Positions 1-11,292 of a stretch of 64,000 bases of DNA are shown here, in pieces. The notes below the pieces were generated by a model. The model was given only the letters and a program-made list of their open reading frames with translations, searched no databases and had not been told where the DNA came from. The position numbers and the translations under genes were made by a program. Position 1 is the first letter of the stretch; every line of letters begins with the position of its first letter. The DNA lies in NCBI GenBank assembly GCA_034780895.1, contig JAUZTB010000087.1:101164910-101228909 (forward strand). Direction: 5' to 3'. The stretch is from Rhynchobatus australiae (taxonomy: Eukaryota).

Positions 1-238
1 CTGTAAGGAGTTTGTACGTTCTCCCCGTGTCTGCGTGGGTTTCCTCTGGGTGCTCTGGTTTCCTCCCACATTCCAAACAGGTACAGGTTAGGAAGTCGTG
101 GGCATCCTATGTTGACACCAGAAGCATGGCGACAGTTATGGGCTACCCCCCAGAACACTCTACGCAAAAAAAGATGCATTTCACTGTGTGTTTTGATGTA
201 CATGTGACTAATAAAGATATCTTATCTTATATCATATT
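1..238 (+). mobile_element. V-SINE (HE1-like), cut by the window start, with Rex1-like 3' tail
   Basis: V-domain GGAGTTTGTACGTTCTCCCCGTGTCTGCGTGGGTTTCC...TTTCCTCCCACA; tail CATTTCACTGTGTG...GTACATGTGACTAATAAA followed by (TCTTA)n. Confidence 0.8.
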
Positions 239-241
239 ATG

Positions 242-412
242 ATTCACTGACATCCTTCAAGGAAATAATTCTCCCACCTTTGCCCAGTGTGGTGCATGTG
301 TGACTCCAGACCTACGGACATTGTTGAGTCTCAACTGCCTCTTCATTTCAGGGACAATGAGGGAAGGATAATAAATGCCAACATTACCAGCAACATCCAT
401 ATGCAGAATAAA
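242..412 (+). mobile_element. Old SINE 3' half with LINE-derived tail
   Basis: GTGACTCCAGACC...AACTGCCTCT...ATAAATGCCAAC; resembles 9196-9520. Confidence 0.5.
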
Positions 413-777
413 CAGAAGAGAATTTACCTGAAGGAGAAAATTGTGTAAGGCAATGGGAGACAGAGTAGTGAAGTTGGACCAAGGGATTAATTGGATGGAT
501 CTTTCAAGGAGATGGAGTAGAATGGACTGCGTGGCCTCCTTCTGTTTTGCACCATCCTATAATTCAAAGCTTCTCTTTACTCTAATAAGTCAAAGGAAAG
601 AAAATAAGTATTTCCATTCATGTAGCATTATATTTCCATTCATATAGCACTATCTCAAAAATATTTTCAAATTCTAATTTAAATAATTTCTTCAAAATAT
701 GTTGACAATTGTGGTGTCAATTTGTAAAATGTTTTAAATACAAGAGTAAGGGGCTATTCCCAGCAGTGAGGCAAATG

Positions 778-1012
778 AGTCAGAATCAGGTTTACTCTCA
801 CTGACATGCGATGTGAAATTTGTCGTTTTGCAGCAGCAGTACAGTGCAAGACATAAAAATTGCTGTAAATTACCAAAAAATAAATAAAATAGTGCAAAAG
901 AGGAATAAAGAGGTAGTGTTCATGGGTTCATGGACCACTCACAAATCCGATGGCAGAGGGGAAGAAGCTGTTCCTGTGGGTCTTCAGACTCCTGTACCTC
1001 CTCCCCGATTGT
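778..1012 (-). mobile_element. Rex1/Babar-type LINE 3' fragment
   Basis: The reverse strand encodes SGRRYRSL and NSFFP-like C-terminal ORF motifs followed by the typical 3' tail. Confidence 0.65.
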
Positions 1013-1749
1013 AGTAACGAGAAGTAACAGTGTCCTTTTGCAGATTGGGATAGGATTAACAAGAGTCTGTGTCTCAACCAGTGAATTTCAAAGAAAGAGA
1101 ATAATGAAAGTTATTTGAGAAGTCAAGATATTCTTGACTTCTCAAAGTGTCAGCTTTACCCTAGATCCTGACAAACAAAAAAAAATCATTCCACCTTGTT
1201 GGGTTTTATTAAAGGGTTAATATACAGGACAACATTGATAGTTTTTTTTGGTTTGCCTTTTCAAAAAGAAATAAACTACATTTTAGTGATGTTCATATTA
1301 AGATCAATAACGTAGTTGATAAAGTAAGATGGAAAAGCACTCCATTTGAAGGCAAAGCTGCATTATTTGCATGTGAAGATACACATAGATACAAGACTGC
1401 CTCCCACCCTTCCAATATACTCCAGCTAATTTCAAATCAAAAGTGGTACTGAAAGTTGAAACTCCTGGCTTCAGTATTTTGAATATCATTTGACTTGGAA
1501 CTCCAACAAAGTAGTAATTGTATTTGTCTTCAGAGTACAGACTTCAATAAAACTGACATGATCTGAACGCAGTAGTTCTAATGCAATTACATTATTAAAA
1601 ATTTCAATTCATACAGTTCCAAACTGCTCTAAGGATAAGCAATACAGTTACCAATATTTTTCTTGGTAGGCCTCAGGTCTAGTAGTCAACTGTCCCACCA
1701 CATCTCTATTTAGTCATTAGTGCACTTCCATCTACGATGGGAAACATAT

Positions 1750-2105
1750 GGGGCGGCAAGGTAGCATAGTGGGGCAGCACGGTAGTGTAGTAGTTAGCGT
1801 GATGCTATTACAGCACCAGCGACCTGGGTTCGATTCCTGCCACTGCCTGTAAGGAGTTTGTACGTTCTCCCGTGNNNNNNNNNNNNNNNNNNNNNNNNNN
1901 NNNNNNNNNNNNNNNNNNNNNNNNNNNNNNNNNNNNNNNNNNNNNNNNNNNNNNNNNNNNNNNNNNNNNNNNNNTTTCCTCTGGGTGCTCTGGTTTCCTC
2001 CCACATTCCAAAGACGTACGGGTAGGTTAATTTGGGGTTTAAAATGGGCGGGGTGGACTCATTCGGCCAGAAGGGCCTGTTGCCACGCTGTAAATAAAAT
2101 TTAAG
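1750..2105 (+). mobile_element. V-SINE (HE1-like) with tRNA head and CR1-type tail, interrupted by an N gap
   Basis: Imperfectly duplicated 21-nt 5' head, B box GGTTCGATTCC (1827-1837), V-domain, and tail GGCCAGAAGGGCCTGTT...GCTGTAAATAAAATTT. Confidence 0.85.
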
Positions 2106-2811
2106 AAAAATATCAACTGAAGGACTTGAAACCTTTTGCGATTTGCTTAAATGACCTTTCCTTCTGCAGTTTGCAGAAATGTTTGAGCATGTTTTCTCTG
2201 TTCAAGATGCACTATACCACAGATTTTTACATCAGAGCTCATATCACGTTACTTTGAAGTTCCCAAATTGTTGTTTCTGACTTTAAGATGTTAATTAGAA
2301 TGTCACATATATAACGTTAGGAACTCACTGCTCTGCCTACATTCTCAACTAGTTTCATTCTGAAATAGTGAATAGTGCTTTTCTAAGTGGCAGACACAAC
2401 AAACAATTAGTAACATTTGGAGTCATTGATTTTCTGATGGGCTAATGAGATTTTATTGAGCTGACAAAGTGTCCCCAAACAGAGGGAAAGAACTGATTTC
2501 TCTGTCTTCCTCCATGGGATGTAGGGATGGCCAGAGAAGCCAGCATTTATCAGCCTTCCCTAAATCTCCTTGAGAAGATGGCTTCTAAACAGCTGCAATC
2601 TGTATGCTGAAGGAGGTCTTGTGATGAAGCTTGGTGGATTTTCTTCAATGTACACCCACTAAGCAAATTATCTACTTTATGTTTATAATTTTTTAATTAT
2701 TAGTACTTTTCTAGCAACAACAAATCAATGATAATTACACTTTAAATATGTTTAAGTATAACAAGGAAATCTTTAAAAGAAAAAAATAAAAGAAATATTT
2801 GTATATTGACA

Positions 2812-2813
<2 letters not shown>

Positions 2814-2848
<35 letters not shown>
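2814..2848. repeat. (TG)n microsatellite
   Basis: Perfect dinucleotide run. Confidence 0.95.
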
Positions 2849-2849
<1 letters not shown>

Positions 2850-3039
2850 GAATGTGAATGCAATGCACTGCATGTTTATAATCTAGACATAATTTTGCTA
2901 AAACTATCTCAAATCTGCAGATTTTTTTAGTCTTAAACTTTATTTTAGCATTGTACTAAAGTCTGAAAGATGTGTAAGTGATCGCTCAGCTGCACTTAGA
3001 TGACATTGTAAACNNNNNNNNNNNNNNNNNNAGACACAG

Positions 3040-3870
3040 ATCAGAGTTTCAGCAGCAAGTGAGCTGAGCTGGGGCATTATTGCAAATCTGGAAACAGAGT
3101 TATATTGCAAAAGTCATCTTGGAGTTAAATGTAACACAAATAGTCTTATTAAGTTGCTGACAGAATCCAGGGAGATGAGTCGAGTCAGACTTTGTGACAG
3201 AGACCAGAAACATTGGCTCTGGCCCTTTCAATAGTTAATTGGAGGAAATTTCTGCTCATCCAGCACTGGAAATGGAGTAAACAGTATGATGGTTTATTTT
3301 TGTGGCAGGATCCAGTGGTGGTAAGGCAGGGCTGTGTGCTGTCAGTGTGCATGTGCACAGGAAGTAAAGGATGTGAGAGAGAGAATAGGTTATGGGGAAA
3401 TAAAAAAAGGGAATGTTACTGATAGGAATGATCTGAGAGCTGGCATAGACTCAGTGGGCCAACTGGCCTCCTTCTGTGCTGTACGTAAAATGAAAATAAA
3501 TTTGAAGGTGATTCTCCGTCTGTAACTGAAGTGAAACAAGTTATGGGCATTCCATCCAGCTCAACAGCAAGAGATGTTTGGAGGAGGGTGGTGTGGTCAA
3601 CCATGTCAAAGGCTTTGGACAATCAAGAAGGACAACGTGGGATGGATGGCCTTTGTCTCAATCACATTGGATGCTCTGCTGACACAAACATGGCAATGTC
3701 ACCGGGTTCCTTGCTCCTAAAGTCTCTGCTGTCCACTTTCAGAACATTCACAAATCCAACCCTGACAGAGCTTTCAATCACCTGAATCTTGCACCATGTC
3801 TCAGCAATTACACATTTGGGACAACCTTTAATAATGTGACAAAAACTGACAGTGGGCAACCAAAACCCCT
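3040..3870 (-). mobile_element. Decayed L2/CR1-clade LINE RT fragment with a short CR1 tail at about 3385-3490
   Basis: ORF 3416-3622(-) SKAFDMVDHTTLL matches the RT motif DxSKAFDxVDHxxLL. Confidence 0.6.
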
Positions 3871-4585
3871 CAGGTCTTTCAGAAGCCCTGGACCCACGAG
3901 GAAATGACTTTGTGGCAATTTTTGTTCAGCTGGACAACTGACAAGGTCTTCTGCCCAAAACAGGAAGGATCCTTTCAAATATTGCCACCTTTAAGCCTAG
4001 TGATGTAACAGAGATCTGACTACAATTATTACTTGGCCATCTGAGTGGAAAGTGGCAGTGACTTTCTCTCCAGGTTAACAGAGCAAGGAAGAAAGTCAGG
4101 AGACTGTCCTCTCCGAGGGACTGTCTTCACAAAAGGTTGTGAGTTCTGTGTACTCTTAGTGCACAGTGACAGAGTCTCTGAGGTGTGCAGGGTCTGTACT
4201 CACCAAAGGGCAGTGGGTCTGTACCTCACAAGGGTGTGGGTCACTACACAATGAGGGATATGGCATCTACACTCTTGAATGCATGGGGGGACAAAGGAAT
4301 GAAACTGAAACTCTGCTGCTTATGCTGGTTAGTTTCTTGCAGTCTCTGAAGGAACTTTTGCATAGCAAATGAGGTTAGAATTGAGCTCCATTCCAATGCC
4401 AAGCACTCCACCTGTCCCACCCTACTTTGCACAACAAAGAATTTGTCAATTCTTACCATCCAGGCCCACATACAGAGTATAACTTCTCAGGCAATGTACT
4501 CTTCCACTTAAACTGGAACTGAAACACAATGTAATTCATAGCATTCAGGGATAAAATTTAGAAGGGAGAGACTTCTTGTATTTTC

Positions 4586-4886
4586 ATAAGATAAGATATC
4601 TTTATTAGTCACATGTACATTGAAACACACAGTGAAATGCATCTTTTTGCATAGAGTGTTCTGTGGGCAGCCCGCAAGTGTTGCCACGCTTCTGGTGCCA
4701 ACATAACATGCCCATGACTTTCTAATCTGTATGTTTTTGGAATATGGGAGGAAACCAGAGCACCCGGAGGAAACCCACGCAGACACGGGGAGAGGGTAGA
4801 ATCTCCTTACAGACAGCGGCCGGAATTGAATCCGGGTCACTGGCGCTGAAAAGCTTTACACTAACCTCTACACTGCTGTACCTGCC
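4586..4886 (-). mobile_element. Near full-length V-SINE with Rex1-like tail (same subfamily as 1-238)
   Basis: The reverse complement has the tRNA-like head, the V-domain and the GTACATGTGACTAATAAAGATATCTTATCTTAT tail. Confidence 0.85.
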
Positions 4887-5860
4887 ACTACCGTGTCTTT
4901 TAACCCCAAGCTAGTTCACTCCACCCAGACAGTACTGGAAGTCAGGATTGAAAAGAGGATGTTGGAGATGTGACGTAACAGTTCTACTAGCTCCACCACT
5001 CTGCAGCTCTGCAAAGGCTTAGTATTACAAAGGAAAGATATCAGAAATCTTTTCTAATGAAAAGTCATCAATCTAAAACATTAATTCAGTTTCTAACTTC
5101 ACAGATATTGCTTAATCTGCTAATAATTTGCAATATTTTCAGTTTTTATTTCAAACATTTTACAAATGATAGCAAAATTGGAATATCCATGAAGAATTCT
5201 AGTCTACTCATAAGGCTTTACTCATTGATTTCAATCCTCACCAACTATGGATTATTCATCTTCACTCGCGTATTTATCTGATCCTGGAAAATGCCATAAA
5301 TATTTTCCCAGTTGCAGCTTATATGGGAAGAGACGAGCAACTCCTTTAAGGATAATAATGCCTGCAAACAGAAATAACTAGATTTCTGTTAACATACAAA
5401 AATCACTCAATTAATACGGGTATCTCTGTCCAGTCAGGTATAACCACTTGAGCAATTGATTGTTTGCATAATGGCAGAGGTATCACTTGACTGGTTGAAT
5501 CAGACATCAGAATAACCTTCTGCTTTTTAAATAGTTCCGTGGGATCTTTACGTCTATAGGTTAATATTATATCCAAAAGGCTGAACCTGCTCAATGTGCT
5601 CAAGACTGTAGATTGGAGCAGATCTAAAACTGATAATGAAGCCTGACTGCCTTCATGGGTAGTTGTAAAGGTCCCATGGCACAAACAGGAGGGCAGGAGA
5701 ATTATCCAGGAGAACAACTTGATTCAAATAATTGAAACAAGCCATGCTGTCGTTTATGTTAATCGTATTTTGGGGATTTTTTTTTACATATCATCTTGCA
5801 GCCATAATTGTCTTCATAAAACCAACCACTGCAACATCCAATGACTGTGGAGTGTTGTAG

Positions 5861-6288
5861 ATATAGAACATAGAAAAGTACATCATAATACAAGCCCTTC
5901 GGCCCACAATGTTGTACCAACCTTTAAACCTCGCCTAAGACTATCTCCCACANNNNNNNNNNNNNNNNNNNNNNNNNNNNNNNNNNNNNNNNNNNNNNNN
6001 NNNNNNNNNNNNNNNNNNNNNNNNNNNNNNNNNNNNNNNNNNNNNNNNNNNNTTCCATGCCCCAACCACTCTCTGGGTAAAAAGCCTCCCTCTGATATCT
6101 CCCTTGAACTTCCCACCCATTACTTTAAAACCATGCCCTCTTGTATTGAGCATTGGTGCCCTGGGAAAGAGGCACTGGCTGTCCACTCTATTTATTCCTC
6201 TCAATATCTTGTACACCTCTATCATGTCTCCTCTTATCCTCCTTCTCTCCAAAGAGTAAAGCCTTAGCTCCCTTAGTCTCTCCTCATC
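5861..6288 (-). mobile_element. CR1/HER1-type LINE 3' end
   Basis: ORF 5941-6312(-) ERLRELRLYSLERRRIRGDMIEVYKIL...NTRGH...FTQRVV is the CR1 ORF2 C-terminus; the 3' UTR has GGGCCGAAGGGC and (TGTTCTA)-like repeats. Confidence 0.9.
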
Positions 6289-7724
6289 ATGAAAGGCAGT
6301 ACAGAGATGCAAGCTCTTTCATTCCGCTTTTTGTTTTACTGATGATGTGGTCTATAAAAGTGAAATAATGTAATTGAAGAGTCAAAGGACTGCCATAGCT
6401 CCACTCTCCTTGAACATACTCCAGGTTATGGACTAATAGCTTCCAGTTGCTATCCTCTGTGTAATAGCCACCAAGTTAAATAGTGAAAATAAAAATCTTA
6501 CAATACCCATCTAGAATTTTTGGTCAATGTGAATAAAATTTGAAAGTTCAAGTTTCTTGTATGTTTATTGGTAATAATTCACCTTGCTGGGAAAATTGAT
6601 ATAAGGTAGAGATAGAGATAGGTAAACATACTAACATCAGTTCAAGGAATTATTAGACCACACGTTAATGGTCTAGGCTTTGGACCTGAAATTGTGACCA
6701 ACTCCTCGAATGCCAATGTATCATAACCACCCAATTAGATTTCAACTATTATATATAGACTAAAAAATCCTGAATGAAATTTGGGAACATTCCTACAACA
6801 ACCAAGATTTTGCAGTGAGTGGAAAATCTACTATGCCTGCCTTTCACAATGCCAACTGCCAGCAGATGCACGCTCCAGTGAGGTGCACTCTGCAGGGGAC
6901 TTGTGTAGCCAGTGTGAACAGGGAAACCAATCACGCTGAAGAATCCGCAACATACAGACGACAAACTACGCTGTATAAATTTGGTAGTTTAAATTTTCCA
7001 TGACATCATCCATGGAAAACATAATAAAGTAAGGGAATTAAAAGAGGGGAAAAAGAAACAGAAATACAAAATTCAAATTCCAGCAGTAATTAAATTCTGA
7101 AGGAACAAAAATCCATATTTGTAAAAATGATGACTTTTAATACTGTTTAAATTACTTTACACCTGAATATATCGGACCTAAAATTTTCAGCTGTGTTTAA
7201 TGACAACTAATTTACACCCATCCATGTATTTCAATGTCAAGGCCATCAGTGAGACCCTGTTCCAATGCACCCTGCATGCAAGTAGGCTAACATGGAAAGA
7301 ACTAACAGATTTCTACACTTATCCCAGGTGTTGCAAATAATTTACTCCATAACAATACAGATCATTGTTAGATGCAATGTCGTTCTTAGTCCACGATATT
7401 CCACGTCAGAGAAATGAGTCACACCAGTGTAGAAACTGAAGTGGTGCCCCCAGTCCTCACCCACAATAACTAGGAGAATAGTTTTGATGAAGAAGTACTA
7501 ACATTGGTACCGACAGTGTTGTTCAGAGGTTGCACAGCTAGACTCAGAGTGCAGATTTGGTGCTCGTCTCAAAACAGAGGTAACTGTACTAGTCTCATTC
7601 CAGGGTCTAAGGTCTGTTCTCTAGGCTGCATTCAAGGTATTAGTTTAATTGTCTCTCCGATGCAAGTCACAGTACCGACACTAGGATGTTCCTTCTCTTC
7701 ATAGTCAGTCCCATGGACCTCCCA

Positions 7725-8050
7725 TAGGTGAAGCCAGACTTGGAGTACTGTGTACAGTTTTAGTCACCCTGTTATAGGAAAGACATGGTTAAACTGGAAA
7801 GAGTGCAGAAAAGATTTACAAGGATGTCACCAGGACTAGAGGGCCTGAGTTATGAGGCCAGGCTAAGCTTTTATTCCTTGGAATGTAGGAGAATGAGGGG
7901 GCGACCTTACAGAAATGTTTCAAATTATGAGAGGCAGAGATAAGGTGGACGGTAAAAGTCTTTTCCCCAGGGGAGGGGAGTCCAAAACTATGGGGCATAG
8001 GTTTAGGGTGAGAGGGGAAAGATTTAAAAGGGACCTGAGGGGCAACTTTT
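7725..8050 (+). mobile_element. CR1-type LINE fragment running into a gap
   Basis: Encodes LEYCVQF, KLERVQKRFTRM and IMRGRDKVD..LFP...GHRFRV motifs. Confidence 0.88.
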
Positions 8051-9195
8051 NNNNNNNNNNNNNNNNNNNNNNNNNNNNNNNNNNNNNNNNNNNNNNNNNN
8101 NNNNNNNNNNNNNNNNNNNNNNNNNNNNNNNNNNNNNNNNNNNNNNNNNNGGTAGGGGGGCGAACCAGGTCAGCAAGTTCAGGCCTAGTGTAATCAAGTA
8201 CATTGCATGGAAACTTATGGGGAAATTAAATGGAGGTGTTGAGAGGAATGAAGTATTTTGAATGAGAGAATGTTTCCACCAGCAGGGGGGAAATTAACTG
8301 CAGGCCAAAGAGGACTGTAGACAAAAGATTGGAGGAAGATGAAGGGGAAACTTTTTTTATACAGTGGCTACTTTGTGGTATCTGCTACCTGAAAATAACT
8401 TCAAAGCAATATAAGATACAACAAAAAAATACAGTGGGCATTTCAGAAAAATAATTGAAAAGCTCTTTAAATGAATGAATGCGTGCTGTACATATCACAT
8501 CTTGACTAAGCACACAGAGAAATTAGTCCATTTGACACTATGTTTCCTAGTCAGGGACAGGCACATGGGTACCTGGAATATAAACTCCTGTATCAGGTGG
8601 AATCACAGAGTCAAAAGTCAGCAAAAGGGTGGCTGAGAGTGAGTTTAGTGCTGTGGTAACTAGTATGGGATCACATCAGCCATTCTTTAATTCAGTGCAA
8701 AGTCTTCTGAAGAAGGAGCTGCTCATTCCGTAATATTTTCATTGCACAGTGAAGATTTGACAGAAAATGGAGGCAAATGAGAGATCCGAAGAAATTGCCC
8801 AACAAGCAATGAAGTCACTGGAAAATTAAGCCTCTAGAAAGGATGGAGCAAGATGGCAAGATCAGCCTCATAATTAGTAGGTTGTGCATTGACTACACTG
8901 AATTTATGCAAATGCAACTGATTTTATTATAATTCATTCCTGGACTATGGATGTCCCTGGCAAAGCTTATCCCTGACTGCCACAAGAAGGTGGAGTTAAA
9001 GAGGATGGGGTCAGTGGGGATGGAGTTGAAGAGGGTAGGGGTGGTGGAGGTGAGGGGCTTCTGCTTGGTTCTTCTCCTGATGGTACGACCTCTTCATGGT
9101 GAGAGCCAACCAAGACAACTGAAGTCATTAACTGGGGCCAGGCCAGACAGTTTTCCTGACTGAAAAGCATCAGCTAAGGCACCAGGGAATGGAAC

Positions 9196-9520
9196 TGTAG
9201 TGGTTACATTACTGGATCATAGGCCTTGACTGTTTTCTGGAGATATGAGTTTGAATCCTATCATGGTTGCTGGAGAATTTAAATTCAAGTAATTAAATAA
9301 AAATGAAATTCATGTCAATTGCTTGAAAACCCAATTAGTTAAGTAATATGAAAGTCTACCATCCTTGCCTAGAGTGATAATTGTGATTCCACACTTGCCA
9401 ACAAGGGTTAATTCTTAACTGCCCTCTTAAATCGCCGAGCAAACCACAGAGTTCAACAGCAAATAGAGAGGACAATAAATGCCAACCCTACCAATGACAC
9501 CCGCAACCAGTGAATACGTT
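9196..9520 (+). mobile_element. Old tRNA-derived SINE with LINE-type tail
   Basis: A-box-like TAGTGGTTA, B-box-like GAGTTTGAATCC, tail TCTTAACTGCCCTCT...CAATAAATGCC. Confidence 0.6.
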
Positions 9521-10624
9521 AAAAATGTAGCTGTCTTATCAGTCTTGATAAGGTTTTTGCCCATTTCGATTAAACTTTCTTAATTCCAGGGAACATTGTG
9601 CAGTCTTCATAGACGAGCCTACCATCCAGACATCAGTCTGGAAAAGGATTCAGAAGGAAATCTGCATGTTTGCCAATACCCAATATTATTTTAATATTGA
9701 ATATTAGTTATTCATTATTATTATTGCAGTGAGCTCACTGTGTAAATTATGAATAAATCCACCTCTTCCACTCAGGAACACTAAACAGAAAGATAAATTG
9801 GAGGGACCTTTTGGATATACTTTTTACCTCAAACTTCCCATTACTGTGTTTGAAATATAGCAAAAACCATTGCTTCTAAGAACTCATTTCTGAGCTGATT
9901 TTTTCTCCTGTTTCAGCATCAAGTTTGACCTAAAGCAGCCGTAACTCTGTGCTGCTGATACCATAACACAGGCTGATGCCACTTGGGCCACTATAACTGT
10001 GCCAGATCTTTGTCACAAGGATCCAAAACTGCTTCCACCATTCAAGTCTCACCTCTTAGCCCCTTATCACTCTCTGTTTCGAACAGTTATCTTTAGTTTC
10101 TGTCTCAATCTTTTCTTATCAACTCCATGCTTTGATGACCCACTGTGTTAAGAAAAATCTCTTAATCTCTCTTCACACTTTACTGACAATTTCAAACTGA
10201 CTTCCTCATTACTGACTCCCCAACAAGAGGAAATTGTTTCTCCCTGTAGACCTTCAGAAAGCTCTTCATAATTTAAACTGAGCACCCCTATTGAATATAT
10301 TCACTACACCGGATTCTGTTACAGTTATGATTAGTTAAGCTTTTTTGAGCATGCCTTTCTCAAAGATTACATAGACATAAACCCAGAAAGCAATGAAAAT
10401 GTAAACGACTGCATAAAACCACTCTATGAGGAACACAACAGCCAGTACTGACATCCTATGTCAGAACAGGCTATTGTATTATTGAGCATAAGGAAGCCTT
10501 CTGCTGCAGACACTGCTCGTCACCATTTGTTTAAAACAAAGTCATAAAATCAGATAGGAGTCCGTCATGACCAAAACATACAGTCTTTGAAATTTCAGAA
10601 CAAAACACTTATATTTATTTAAAA

Positions 10625-10700
10625 TTAAACAGAAAATGCTGAAAATACTCAGCAGGTCAAGCAGCACATGTGGGGAGAGAAACAAAATTTACATTTCAGA
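10625..10700. mobile_element. Penelope-derived terminal repeat fragment
   Basis: AAACAGAAAATGCTGAAAATACTCAGCAGGTCAAGCAGCA; same family as 20911-21098. Confidence 0.55.
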
Positions 10701-10917
10701 TAACTTGAGAAAAGAAATATAATACAAAGGTATATACCATTACTAGCATCATTTTGATGTCTTCAAGCCACATGTACTGTATATTTCATTCATCGAGCTA
10801 ATTTTCCCAAAAATATTTTTGGTAATTATAAATGTCATTATTCATGTTAGAACCAGCAAAGTAAATGCAACTACAAAACTGATGTTTTATAATTCACGTT
10901 TCCTCATGATATTGAAT

Positions 10918-11292
10918 AAGGCTATTCAGCCCATCAAGACAATGCTAGCTCTCAGAGTAAACCCATCAATTCCATTCACCCAGTTCTTTCCCTGTAACCC
11001 ATTCTCCCTCGCATGCCTATCACCCTGATTCTCCTACCACTCACTAACACCAGGGGTAGTTTACCGGAACGTCCTCAGCATGTGGGAGAAATCTGGAGCA
11101 CCTAGGGGAAACCCACCATTCATTGGTATTGGTATTGGTTTATTATTGTCACTTGTACCGAGGTACAGTGAAAAGCTTGTCTTACAAACTGATCATGCGT
11201 ATTCCACATGGATAGCACCAGAGATCAGGATTGAACCAGGGTTGCTGGAACTCTGGGGCAGCGGCACTACCTGCTGCATCACTGTGCTGCCC
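10918..11292 (-). mobile_element. Diverged V-SINE with a nested Rex1-like tail (11122-11198)
   Basis: TGTGGGAG...GGAGCACC...GAAACCCAC and CAGGATTGAACC...CACTGTGCTGCCC halves are split by (TTGGTA)nTTTATTATTGTCACTTGTACC. Confidence 0.7.

Noticed and set aside
1771-1845. tRNA-like sequence with A/B boxes
   Set aside because: It is the head of a SINE, continuous with the V-domain, not a tRNA gene.
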